From: Octopus vulgaris
Taxonomy: Eukaryota
Assembly (NCBI GenBank): GCA_951406725.2
Contig: OX597826.1
Coordinates: forward strand, 32,674,001 to 32,738,000
Length of the DNA: 64,000 nt
Direction: 5' to 3'
This document shows positions 1 through 13,587 of the stretch, in pieces. The notes under the pieces were generated by a model. The model saw nothing but the letters and a program-made list of their open reading frames with translations. It was not told where the DNA came from and did no database searches. The translations under genes were made by a program, and so were the position numbers. How positions within the stretch are numbered: the stretch's first letter is position 1; every line of letters starts with the position of its first letter.

Positions 1-38
1 CTTCATTCTTGTAATATCTGATTATTTTGTTTCTTGTG

Positions 39-363
39 AAGGGCATGTAGCTAAGTGGTAAGGACGTTTGGCTCATGATCTTAAGGCCTTGAATTGGATG
101 CCTGGTAGCACATTGTGTTCTTTCACAAGATACTTTATTCCACATCACTCCAGTTTCACTCAGCTGGCAAAAATAAGTTGTACCTGTAATTCAAAGGGGC
201 CAACCTTGTAACACTCTGTGTCACACTGAAATCTCCTTCAGAACTACATTAAGGGTACACATGTCAGTGGATCTCTCAGCCACTTGCATATTGATTTCAT
301 GAGCAATCTGTTCTGTTGATCAGATCAATTAGGACCCTCATTTTCGTAGCTGACTGAGTGCCC
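39..363 (+). mobile_element. tRNA-derived SINE, local family C (diverged copy)
   Basis: Colinear with the younger copy at 38349-38677: A-box-like TAGCTAAGTGG, then CACTCAGCTGGCAAAAAT, TTAAGGGTACAC and a GGACCCTC tail. Confidence 0.8.
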
Positions 364-445
364 ATTTATTTTCATTCCTCGTTATTGTGTTTTTTCTTCC
401 AGATTAACCTTTGTTAAAGCATTTATTTTTTATAACTTCAATTAC

Positions 446-847
446 TCTCTTTTACTTGTTTCAGTCATTTGACTGTGGCCATGCTGGAGCACTGCCTTCA
501 GTCGAGGAAATCGACCCCAGGACTTATTCTTTGGAAGCTTAGTACTTATTCTATCGGTTACTTTTGCCAAACCGCTAGGTTATGGGGACGTAAACACACC
601 AGTATCACTTGTCAAGCGATTTTGGGAAGGACAAACACAGACACACAAACACACACACACATATATATACATATACATATATACGACAGACTTTTTTCAG
701 TTTCCATCTATCAAATCCACTCACGAGGCTTTGGTCAGCCCAAGGCTATAGTAGAAGACACTTGCCCAAGATGCCACACAGTGGGACTGAACCGGGAACC
801 ATGTGGTTCGTAAGCAAGCTACTTACCACACAGCCACTCCTGCACCT
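446..847 (-). mobile_element. tRNA-derived SINE, local family A (full length)
   Basis: Minus strand reads GGAGTGGCTGTGTGGTAAG (A-box-like), GGTTCAGTCCCA (B-box-like), internal CA/TA microsatellite, and a CAGCATGGCCACAGTCAAATGACTGAAACAAGTAAAA tail. More than 12 related copies in the window. Confidence 0.9.
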
Positions 848-884
848 CTTAGAAATATCGTGATAAATGTTATTTTGGGGGTGT

Positions 885-1385
885 TTATAAAATAGCCTTT
901 ATTGATTATATTTGAGAAAGTGTGAGGTTTTGTCTTGGAGAAAAATTTCTCCTGTTACACTTGCTGTGTAATTACACATTGAGATGAGCTGCAAGTGATA
1001 TCATTGGATCAACAGACATACTGTTTCAGCATAATTTCACATCCTCAGTGGTGGCACTACCTCAGTCATTTGGTGCCAGGCCTGAGCTATTTTGAATTCA
1101 ACTGCTTTGAGTACTTATACATAATCAGTTCTAGCTTAACAAGGTGGAACAAATGCAAGATAGTTTTTTTTTTTTGTTTTTTATTTTCTATATTGGATGT
1201 AGCTCTGGCAGAACTTTAGATGACTGAGGTGTGTATCTACAACTGATGTGGTGAAATTATGTCAAAACATAGGATCTGGTGGTCTGCTGATGTCATTTGG
1301 GGTTTGACTCAATGTAATTTTACAAACAATGTCAATAGAAAAGAGTTTTTCTCCAAGACAAAATTCCACTAAGGCTGTCTTTCAT
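885..1385. mobile_element. Old MITE-like fold-back element with ~200 bp imperfect inverted arms
   Basis: TTTTGTCTTGGAGAAAAA (~929) pairs with TTTTTCTCCAAGACAAAA (~1346); CATTGAG/CTCAATG, CATAATTTCAC/GTGAAATTATG and ACCTCAGTCAT/ATGACTGAGGT are nested symmetrically. Confidence 0.65.
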
Positions 1386-2084
1386 GTTCTAGTCTACAAT
1401 AATATTACAAATAAATGAATACATCATTATTTTGATTGTCTGTGCTTCATGTGCTTATACTACCATTTAAAATATGTTGTACAAAATAGCAGACAAGATC
1501 AAGTTGACAATGTAAAACAAATCTTCCAGTGTAATAACTTCAGTGCAAAACAAGTTTCAGTGAGCTGATTTATAAAAATACAAGTTTAGTAGAATATATT
1601 TATTCCACAGAGACAATATTAAACAAATAAATCTGTTGATTTCCAAAATTTTCATAGAATAATGTGCTTCAGCACCAAAGACTTTCTATTCAAATTTATG
1701 AGATTCACTGAACACCATCAAACATATCCAGATGGCTATTATCTCATGCAGTCAAAACTTCTGCTTTCTGCTTCAGAGTATTTTTTTGTTCGAATGGTCA
1801 GTAGTTTGGTTCACACAATCCAAAATATTCCATACATATTTTATAATGAAAATTGAAGGTGATATTGCTTGAGCTGGGCCCCTAACTGTGGCCCCTCATC
1901 TACAAAGGTTGTCTATTAATCTCATATGTAATTTAAGGATTTTTGCACAAAGGAATCATGAAATACTACCACAAGAAGAATTATCTCCTGGAACAGAAAA
2001 TAAAACATGTAATCTAGTGTGATACATTTTGAATGTTAATTAATCCAGTATCTTTTATGATATATTACAGTATTATAGTATTGA

Positions 2085-2430
2085 CAAGACTATAAGATGC
2101 TGTTATGCACCACTGGTCACAATGCACTCCCTTTTCTGTTTTGATTGTGCTATTCTTTTCTATCTTGACCCAAATTCTTTGATTAGGCCACTATCTTTTG
2201 GATACCTCTTGGCAACTGCACAGGTCCACCTCGGTTGTCTGTGAAGCTTGTGGTATCTTTGGTCCAGTGGAACTTAAGTTTTTGGTATTCTACGATCACA
2301 TGGTTCACTTCTTTCCATTCATGAATCTTTTCATTTCGAATATGTTTTCATACTGATATTCCAAGCATGGATCTTTCCACAGTCCTTTGTGTCATAGCCA
2401 ATTGATATTCTATCTGCTTTGTATTAGCCT
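2085..2430 (-). mobile_element. Decayed RTE-clade LINE 3' fragment (post-RT region)
   Basis: Minus strand translates to TKQIEYQLAMTQRTVERSMLGISV*KHIRNEKI...KFHW...TDNR, matching the RTE pattern TQRAMERSMLGISL.D.IRNE.IR...W..H...DNRW, with stops and frameshifts. Confidence 0.75.
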
Positions 2431-2526
2431 ACATGACACTCGAGTGAACACAAGAAGGATGGTGTAATTGAGGAGTCTGGCTTTGTTTATGATATATATT
2501 TAAGGTTATATTTCAAGTTACTGAAT

Positions 2527-3060
2527 GCTGAGCCTGACAGAGGCAATGACGAAAGACCAAGACCTCTGGAGATATGCTATGACTGCAAAGACCCAGCAAA
2601 TAAAGTGAGTTCACAGCTGAAACCTACACCAGTGTTGAATAACCAACCCACTCAAAAAGTACCCTGGATCGCAGGGTGACCTGCTGTGCTTGAGGAGACC
2701 TATTGAGTCAAGTATATCAACATCAAAATCAAATGGAAATTGTAGTTGTGATCCCTGTGCCAGTGGCATGTAAAAAGCACCATCCAAACAAGGTCGATGC
2801 CAATGCCGCCTTGACTGGCTTCCGTGCTGGTGGCACGTAAAAAACACCAACCGATCGTGGTCATTGCCAGACTCCTCTGGTGGTACATAAAAAGCACCCA
2901 CTGCACTCTCAGAGTGGTTAGCATTAGGAAGGGCATCCAGCTGTAGAAACACTGCCAGATCAGAGTGAAGCCTGGTGCAGCCTCCTGGCTTCTCAGGCTC
3001 CAGTCAAACCGTCCAACCCATACCAACATGGAAAACGAACTTTAAACAATGATGATGATG
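2527..3060 (+). mobile_element. RTE LINE 3' end (ORF C-terminus, 3' UTR, (GAT)n tail)
   Basis: LSLTEAMTKDQDLWRYAMTAKTQQ parallels LGLTKEMTEDRVLWKCAVHERTRQD of the 43839 element; the UTR has GGTGGCACGTAAAAA-CACC modules, GGAAGGGCATCCAGCTGTAGAAAC and a GAT tail. Confidence 0.85.
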
Positions 3061-3424
3061 AAGAGAAATGGGCATAAATTTTGAGTTATCATGACTCTTT
3101 GGACACATGGTCGTTCTGGTCCGGATGCTACTGACCACATGAGGCAATAGAACTGCAAACATCACAGATAATTTCAGTTGCTATTTGGAGGTTTTTGGTT
3201 TCATTGGTTGCCTTCCTTTTCATTCTTTGCTGCTTCTTTTCGTGAGATACAACTTATGATTTAGGTTTCCCAATAGAGGAAAAACATATATTAAGTCCAT
3301 TGACATCAGATCAGGTAACTGTATGTGTTTGTGTGTGTGTATGTGTATGTATGTATGTGTTTGTGTGTGTGTATGCGTATGTATGTATGTGTTTATGTGT
3401 GAGAGATAGAGAGAATAAATACTG

Positions 3425-3640
3425 GCTTCAAATTTTGGCACTAGGCCAGCAATTTCGAGGGAGGGAGTAAGTCAATTACATCAACCCCCAGTACTCAACT
3501 GGTACTTATTTTATCAACTCTGAAAAGATGAAAGACAAAGTCAATCGCAACAGAATTTAAACTCATGACATAAAACCGAATGAAATGCCATCAAGCATTT
3601 TGCCTGGCATCATACAGATTCCGCCAGCTCGTTGCCTTAG
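3425..3640 (-). mobile_element. SINE, local family B (diverged)
   Basis: Aligns with the young copy at 15985-16197 (GAGCTGGC head, GACTTTGCCTTTCATCCTTTC core, AAGTACCAGT...CTGGGG). Confidence 0.8.
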
Positions 3641-4535
3641 AGAAGATAGATTTTACTACTTTGCACAATGCAGCTGTTCAGTAAATGATGGCAGAGAGAT
3701 GCTCTATCATGCCAGAGACATAATTCCTCTGCATCCTGCCAAACCTCTTAAATGTGTAGGATGAGATTCCTGCGGCACATTCAAAGAAACAATAACTGTA
3801 GCAGTCATTCTGTTATCAAAGAAACATGATCCAAGCAGAGACTAATAATGCTAAATATTCTGCAGCCTTTCTAATCTTCTACCACTTCTGGACTGACAGA
3901 ATCTTCCAGAAACATGCTTGTGGATGTTATGCATACATTCTTCTGCTACAGATTAATGCTAGCAAGTGATGGTTACATTGGTGGGGTGAACACTTTTCTA
4001 AAATATCTTTGTACTTTTGCTATTCTCGCACACTTGGCAATAAATTGCTTTTTCCCCCCAAAGCTTCGCCCCTTTTCAGTCAATATTACAACCAGCTGCT
4101 TCTGAAACAGAAATATTTAAAATGTTGGAGAGATATGAGCTGTAAGACATATGTAGATACACATTTTGAGGGCAACCTCTCTCCCTGTGTCTCTCCTTAT
4201 ACACACACATATATATAATATATACATACATATACAACCCATATATATATATACATATAGATACATACATATATATAAACATATATATACATATTATATA
4301 TATGTATATATATATATATATATATAATATATATACATATATATATACCGAATATGGTCCTTTTCCATACCGAAAAACTACTTGGTGAAATTTGTTGATT
4401 TTATTAAATTAATTATATTTCACCCTTTATCTGTATACATATATATATGTATATAAATATTATATATATACTCATACATATACATATACATACATACATG
4501 CATACATACATATACATATGCATACATACATACAT

Positions 4536-4567
<32 letters not shown>

Positions 4568-4571
4568 GTAA

Positions 4572-5082
4572 GGAAAATAAGATAAGGTAGAAAATGCTAA
4601 AATAATTTTATCATGAAATTCATTTTGTGACAGTTAGTGGTGGTTTCTGACTTCGATTTTTTCAACCAAGAGTAAAACAAAGATGGACATTAATTGAGAA
4701 GAAAAACAATTAAATTGAAGAAAAAATTTAATGAAATTCTTTGTGTTCTGCTGCTGCTTAAACCATCAGACTTCACAACCAAATATATCTCTACACCCAT
4801 AAATACAATTTTTCAGATCTGCTACTATTTACTTTATGAACCTTCACAAAGGAAAAGAGAGAGACAGAAAAAAAGGAAAATGTCCTACTTATTTGAAGAC
4901 TATGGAAATATTTACAAAACATTTCATTTAATTTTTTCTTCTGTTTAATTGTTTTGCTTCTTAAATAATATCCACCTTTGTTTTACATTGAGTTGAAAAA
5001 ATCAAAAACACAAACTGGTACTAACCATTACAAAATGCATTTCATGATAAAATTATTTTAGCATTTCTACATATCAATTCAT
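4572..5082. mobile_element. MITE-like fold-back element with ~160 bp inverted arms
   Basis: AATGCTAAAATAATTTTATCATGAAAT (~4592) is the reverse complement of ATTTCATGATAAAATTATTTTAGCATT (~5039); arms run ~4586-4745 and ~4914-5071; flanked by TA/CA microsatellites. Confidence 0.7.
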
Positions 5083-5113
5083 GTGTCATTTTCAACGTTC
5101 TACACACACACAC

Positions 5114-5146
<33 letters not shown>

Positions 5147-5178
5147 TGCATACATATCTATAATTACATATGTATATA

Positions 5179-6454
5179 TCAGGTTGGCAACTAAGTTCTC
5201 GCCGTTTTTTTAAATTTAAATTTTTTAAAAGCTTTAATAAAAATAACAACTAATTCATCAATAATGTATTCACCCTTGTTGTTTACAACTTCTTCCCAAC
5301 GTTCAACAAGATTTTCAATACCTCCTTGGTAGAAATCACCCGATTTTGACTCAAAAAAATTGATCCAACGAAGCTCTCAATTCTGCATCAGTATTGAATG
5401 AATCTCCATGCATAGCATTTGAATGAGATCGAAAGAGGTGGAAATCCATTGGTGCCAAATCAGGAGAGTACGGCGGGTGTGACAGCATTTCCCAACCATG
5501 CGTTTGAATGGCTTCCTTGGTCATATTGGCGATATGAGGGTGGGCATTGTTGGGCAGCGGAAAAACTCCATGCTGCTGATTAGGTTCTTTCTCTTGAACT
5601 GCTGTGTTGAGTTGTTCCATCTGTTCAACATAGAGTCCCACGTTGACCATTTGGTTCCATTCAAGCAGTTCATAATGGATAATCCCTTCCTGATCTCACC
5701 ACATGCACAACATTATTTTACGTGGATGAAGATCTTGTTTCACGAATGGTGTTGCTTGTTTACCGGGGCTAAGCCTTTCCTTATGCTGCTTCATATTGAT
5801 GTATAGGCACCATTTTTCATCGCCAGTAACGACTCGGTAGGAAATCATTGCTTGTGTCCATGAGTTGAGCAGTGGTGAGCAAGCAAACCAGCATAGATTG
5901 TGGCTCGTTGATTTTTGTTGTCGTCACTTAAAGCATGCGGAACCTATGCTTCATACTTCTGCACCTTTCCCATCAAGTGAAGATGCTTCTCTATAGCAGT
6001 GTGGGAGCATTCCATTTTCTCTGCCAGTTCCCTTGTCGTTTGACGAGAATTTTTGTGCAAAAGTTGATTTAATCGCTCTTCATCAAACTCAACTGGATGG
6101 TGAATGAGATGCGTGTTTGAGATCAAAATTTCCATTTTTGAACTTGGCATACCAATTACAAGCGGTTCTTTCAGCTATGGCAGCCTCTCCATACAGAGCA
6201 CAAATGTTGCAAGCAGCTTTTGCAGCCTTAGAGCCTTGATTAAAAGCAAAAAGAAGGAGGTGTCGAAAATGCTCATTTTTCTTAACTTGACATTCCATTT
6301 AAATGATTTGAGAATAAATAAAACATAACTCAAATTAACTAGAAAAAGAAAGCAAAATAGATTCCAAAATGATTCAAAATTAGATTCAAAAATTTAAAAA
6401 TGCAATAAATTCCAAAATTTGAAAAAAACGGCGGGAACTTAGTTGTCAACCCAA
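5179..6454 (-). mobile_element. Full-length decayed mariner (DD34D) transposon, mellifera-subfamily-like
   Basis: 33 bp TIRs TCAGGTTGGCAACTAAGTTCTCGCCGTTTTTTT / TTGGGTTGACAACTAAGTTCCCGCCGTTTTTTT (4 mismatches), TA on both flanks, 1276 bp long. Confidence 0.95.
5255..6298 (-). pseudogene. Mariner transposase pseudogene
   Basis: Fragments NEHFRHLLLFAFNQG, QTTRELAEKMECSHTAIEKHL, *VPHAL (WVPHEL motif), NNAHPH...HPPYSPDLAPMDF (34 residues between second and third catalytic positions; second D changed to N) and ERWEEVVNNKGEYI; several stops and frameshifts. Confidence 0.92.
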
Positions 6455-6466
6455 TATATAATATAA

Positions 6467-6508
<42 letters not shown>

Positions 6509-7499
6509 CAATGTGTATAACATGTTAAGTGGATATAAAAATCATTATAGAACAGCGTTAGCTGTAATAGCTTGTCTTAGAGAAACTTCTCAAAGTGTCT
6601 TCTGCATTGATAAACACAGAGCTCACTGTGAATTTTGGCAGATTGCCAAAGACAGTGTTTTGACTTCATTTCTTCTCCTCAGTCACCAGAACCCATGGAT
6701 ATTTTGAGCTGAGTCCAATAGTATTCATTCTGATATCGTGATGGTTGAACAAGGCATTCAAGGATTTGTGTGAACGTTGGCCAGGCTAGAGATGAATTAA
6801 TATACAAACAAGAAACAAAGTTTGATTACAATAACAATGTGTGTATAATATTTGTGATGTATATGCAAAATGGTAATCATTATAATAACACACACATGAT
6901 GCTGAGATGATGATGAGGATGACGACAACAGTGGTAATGATGATGATGACAGTGAGGAGGAGGAGGAGGATAGCAGTGATGAGGATTATGGTGGTGATGA
7001 TGGATGATGAGGATGATGACAATGACGATGACAACAACGATGACACTGATGCTGTTGAGATGATATTTAAAATACCATGATGTAGAGGATCATGAAGGAA
7101 ATGAATGAATCGTTCTGAATTCTCGAATCACATTTCAAAACGAAAATTATCATGTGCAATCTGGGAAATTAATTCATGATTCCACAAAATACCAAAAAAT
7201 AAGTGAATAAATAAAAAATAAAAATAACTTAGAAAAATAATTTCAGATTTTTCTAATGTGACTCCACAAACTTTATGTTGCAATATTTCTGTTTCCCTGC
7301 ATAAAACATAAAACTTTGATTAACGGAAATCTATTTTAAATGTTTCATATTGAAATGTTTAACATATTATTGATTCCTGGATAAAATGGTAAAAGTGGTG
7401 TTCAAGGAAGAATGTTTCAGGAAAAATAAAAAAAAAAGAAGAAAAGCTGTTTTAGGTCGACTGAGAAAGCTCAATTGATAATTTTGTATTTCAGAAAAC

Positions 7500-9190
<1,691 letters not shown>

Positions 9191-10539
9191 TATCAATGAT
9201 AAGAATATAAACAGTAATAAAATAATTACCACAGAATTTTATGATGCCAATCAATATATGTAGTAAAATGTACACTTGGAAAATTGCAGGAAAGGAGGTT
9301 TAAGCCCATCACCACCACCCCTGCCACTATCACCACCGCCGCCGCCACCACTACCACCACCACCTCCAACAACAACAACAACAACAACAAAAACAACAAC
9401 AACAACACCAAAAACAAGAAATATCCCTAGAAAACAATAAAAGAACAACTAAAAAAGTGATGTTTTCTACTGAATGTAAGAGTTATAAAGGCGTTTTTTG
9501 TTGCATTTATTTGCCTATATTTTGGCCATAATTTAAGAGCCAATAGAAATAATTTCAGAGGTGGCTTTTATTTTTTTTTAGCTTTCTAATGGAAAATTAT
9601 TAATATTTTGATAAGAATTATCAGTTTTTTTTTATCCCTAATATACGTTTGTGTTTTGTTTTATTTTTCTTATTTCGTTGGTTGACTTTATTTCATCTTG
9701 TAGGAATAATGTTATGAAACAAAAAGAAGAAAAATAATAACAAAGAAATAAAAACTGAATGTCAAGCAATCTGGTATAATTTGGTCATAAATATTAGATG
9801 ATTGGTTATAAGAGATAATGAAAAACCAAACAAATAAGAACTGGCAAACATAACACGTTAAAGCAATGTCGAGAAAATATTTTTCAAAATACAAACGAAT
9901 AAATACATAAATAAAATAACATAAAAAATAATGATATAATAATTAATAAAAATGAATGGAAATAAACACAACTTGAATTAGGAATTCTTTATATTTACAC
10001 AGAATTGATGAGAAAAGTAAATAAAATAGCTGGTGTAAATTTTATATTGATCATCATCAAAATGAGGATTTGGAAAAAGAATTCTTTTATGCTTAAAATG
10101 TTTTGATGGTTCTATGCGAAATATCTCTTAAATTCATTAGTCGTTATATGTGTGATTGATACTAACGTTACTCCAGATGAATGGGCTGACAATGTGTCAC
10201 ATAATTTATAAACAATGCCAAACATCACTCTAATGGTAGGTGTTAGAATCTAACATGATCTTGCTCAGAAAAGCTAGATTCATCAGGCTTTATATATAGA
10301 TGTGATCATCTGATATAAATACATGTAATGTATATATATGTGTGTATGTATAGTAATGTTAATTAAATGTATAATTAAAAGAGAAACAGAGTTTTGACTC
10401 TGGTGGTTTCTGAACATTTATGTTAATGAATGCTGTTCACTGACCTTTGATAATATTGTTTGTTCACCACTCCAATGAACCATTCGATGGCATAAAGTGA
10501 TCAATAGTTATTACAAAGACAGTGATCGTGTGCATTTCT

Positions 10540-10860
10540 CATCACTATCATCACCACCATCGTCATTGTCGTCGTCGTCGTCGTCATCATCATCATCATC
10601 ACCACCTTCCCATCAGCATCAGCATCACCACCATCACCATCACTGTCGTCATCATTGTCATTGTTGTCATCATCCTCGATGTCTTTCTCGTCTTCCACTT
10701 CTTTCTCCTCATTATCCTTGTCATCATCATCTTCATCTTCCTCAGTAAGCTTCTCGTATGCCGCCCCCTCACCTTCCAAATCTCCTCATCATCACAGTCA
10801 ACACCCTTCTCCTCCCCTCCTCCTCTTCCTCCTTATCACCTTCAGCATCATTTCTATGAC
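10540..10860. repeat. Degenerate (CAT/CGT/CCT)n trinucleotide tract
   Basis: Direct reading; gives poly-S/H/D pseudo-ORFs. Similar tracts at 6900-7050, 50505-50950 and 60875-61270. Confidence 0.9.
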
Positions 10861-11165
10861 TGCTTTCCCATGCTTGAATAGGTGAAACAGAATTCATTGA
10901 GGCAGATCCTTATTTGGTCAGATAAAATCAGATAAAATCTCCCTGAATGTAGGAGTCACTGTTTTGTAAAACTTTCTCCTACAGTTAAAGATGGAACTTC
11001 CTTCCCTGCAGAGTTGACAGGAAAAAATACAAAAATGTGGGGCACCCAATTGCAGCTGCTAAAACCCTTTAGACAATGATTAAAGAGGTGAAGGGGTGAA
11101 TTTGTAGATGCCAGTTATCAAAGTATTTAACCCTTACTCTTTGTGATGGAGAAGCAATATATATA

Positions 11166-11559
11166 TGGCTGTGTGGTAAGTAGCTTGCTTACGAACCACA
11201 TGGTTCCAGGTTCAGTCCCACTGCGTGGCACCTTGGGCAAGTGTCTTCTACTATAGCCTCGGGCCGACCAAAGCCTTGTGAGTGGATTTGGTAGACGGAA
11301 ACTGAAAAAAGCCCGTCGTATATATGTATATATATATGTGTGTATGTTTGTGTGTTGTGTTTATCCTCCCCCCAAACATCGCTTGACAACCGATGCTGGT
11401 GTGTATACATCCCCGTAACTTAGCAGTTCGGCAAAAGAGACTGATAGAATAAGTACTAGGCTTACAAAGAATAAGTCCTGGGGTCGACTTTTCTCGATTA
11501 AAGGTGATTCTCCAGCATGGCCACAGTCAAATGACTGAAACAAGTAAGAGAGTAAGAGA
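11166..11559 (+). mobile_element. SINE family A (young copy)
   Basis: TGGCTGTGTGGTAAGTAGCTTGCTTACGAACCACATGGTTCCAGGTTCAGTCCCACTGCGTGGCACC through GACTGAAACAAGTAAGAG; CpGs retained. Confidence 0.9.
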
Positions 11560-11612
11560 ATATATATTTATACATACATACATACAAATATATATATATA
11601 TATATATATATA

Positions 11613-11685
<73 letters not shown>

Positions 11686-12799
11686 CTCTGTGTGCGTATG
11701 TTCATGAATCTGTTTTACTTTCAATGTAGATTCAGTTGTTTGATCTGCTGAATTACCTGCTCCTGAATTAACATGTAAGTGTTGAGTATTCTGCAGACAT
11801 GGTCTACTCTTAATGTAATTCTCAGACATTTCATGGTCTGCATATCCAGTGTCCTTCTTCCCAGTTTTACTCACAAGGTATGGGTGAATTCAAGTCCATA
11901 GGAACTGATATTTTCCCCCATACTGCTAGAGTATGAAGTTTGTATCCAGTGAGTTGTAGGGACTCTAAGACATTACTTTATGCTAAAAGAAGCCATTCCA
12001 TTTCTTAGCAAAGCAACCACAGCTTTCATTTGGTTTATGATCTGAAAATAAATGTAGAAAGTTATCATAAGCAGAATTGAAATTTAAAAGAAATAGTCCA
12101 GAATTGTAATCTTCATGTTTTTAAACAAGGAATTCTAAATTCTAAATAAATTTTCAAAAAGAAAACTTTAATCCTTATCTAATTATTTTTCAAATTTGAA
12201 GGCTGTTTTTCTTAAAGTAATATCTGTTTGACAAACAGGACTCTAAAGAAAATTTCACACAAGCCTACCCTTCCACTAAAAACCAAGGATGTTGTGTTTT
12301 CAGCATGTCTGCCTTAATGTTGCCAAATAGTGTCAATAATTTCCCTTTCACTTTGTGATTCAAAAACGAAAGTTTTCTATAAACAGTATTGTTAAACTTT
12401 ATACTGAAAATTAGAAAGCTTTCCCTATACATATACCACAAAAGTGTTACAACACCCATTTTATAAAATAAATACTCCTTCAGTACATCTCCTCGTCAAT
12501 AGCTGTTTCTTTTAAAAGTAAATACCTTCTAATTGATTGTAGGTGAGAAGAAAATTAATTGTCAGTTCCTTTCTGAAATGTTTTTAAATTAAAGGAGAAT
12601 TGCTACCAATGGGAACAGAAAAAACTTGAGAGATGTATTTGGTGAATTTTGCTTTAATGAATGTTTCCACATCAGACTTTCTTTTTGAGTAAGAAGAATG
12701 GAATTTGTAGCAAGCTTGCATAACTTCAAACAAGACTTGAAACAATATTACAAACTGTTCTGCAAGCTTTGTCATAACGCTACATCTTGTTCATCTTTA

Positions 12800-13232
12800 C
12801 CATCATCATCATTGTTTTAACACCCGTTTTTCCAAGTGTGCATGAGTCAGACAGAGTTTGTTGAAGCAAATATCTACGGCTGGATTCCCTTCCCATCAGC
12901 CTTCACCTATTTTCAAGCAAGGTAATATTTCCCCCACGGCCACAAGTATTCTTGCAGGATATTTGAAATAAATAATGCTGCTTATATAACAGTGACAAAC
13001 ATTTATAATTATCACGATGTCAAAACAAGACATAAACATGCACATACTCACACACATACATATATGTATGACAGGCTTTTTTCAGTTTTCATCAGCCAAA
13101 TCCACTCACTAGCCTTTGATTAGCCAGGGCTCAAGTAGATGTCATTTGTCTAAGGTTCCGTGCAGTGGGACTGAACCTGAAACCATGTAGTTGGTAAGCA
13201 AATTTCTTAACTACATCACCACACATATGCCT
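12800..13232 (-). mobile_element. SINE with family-A head and RTE-derived tail (subfamily A2)
   Basis: Family-A head at 13070-13232 followed on the minus strand by GGAAGGGAATCCAGCCGTAGA...GGAAAAACGGGTGTTAAAACAATGATGATG. A more decayed copy lies at 21732-21945. Confidence 0.65.
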
Positions 13233-13544
13233 AATCCTAATATGTGGGTATCTGTAGCAGAAACTGCTCTACCGTGAGTATTTGGGTAAGGTCTGTAGCT
13301 TGAAGGTTATCTCCTTCTTTTCCCACTAGTCTTGAAGACATAAAACTAACCATGGTTGATGCCTCTCCCTTTCTGATTAGATTTTTTTTTTTGCCACTGT
13401 AACTGTGGCTGTTCTATAAAGAACTATGTTACTACCTTTTAACCCCAGAAAAACGTCTTTTCCAGCTGGTTAACGACACACAACCTATGTCTGATATATT
13501 TCAAGTAAAGGAGTGAATCACACCCCCTTCCAGCTTTGTAAGAT

Positions 13545-13587
13545 CAATAGACCATGGTTTCTGGGTCTTTACCCTTCATTGGTACTG
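13545..13587 (-). ncRNA. Minimal hammerhead ribozyme motif (variant core)
   Basis: Minus strand CAGTA-CCAATGA-A-GGGT-aaag-ACCC-A-GAAA-CCATGG-TC-TATTG: stem I CAGTA/TATTG, stem II GGGT/ACCC, palindromic stem III ACCATGGT, GUC triplet. Confidence 0.6.
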
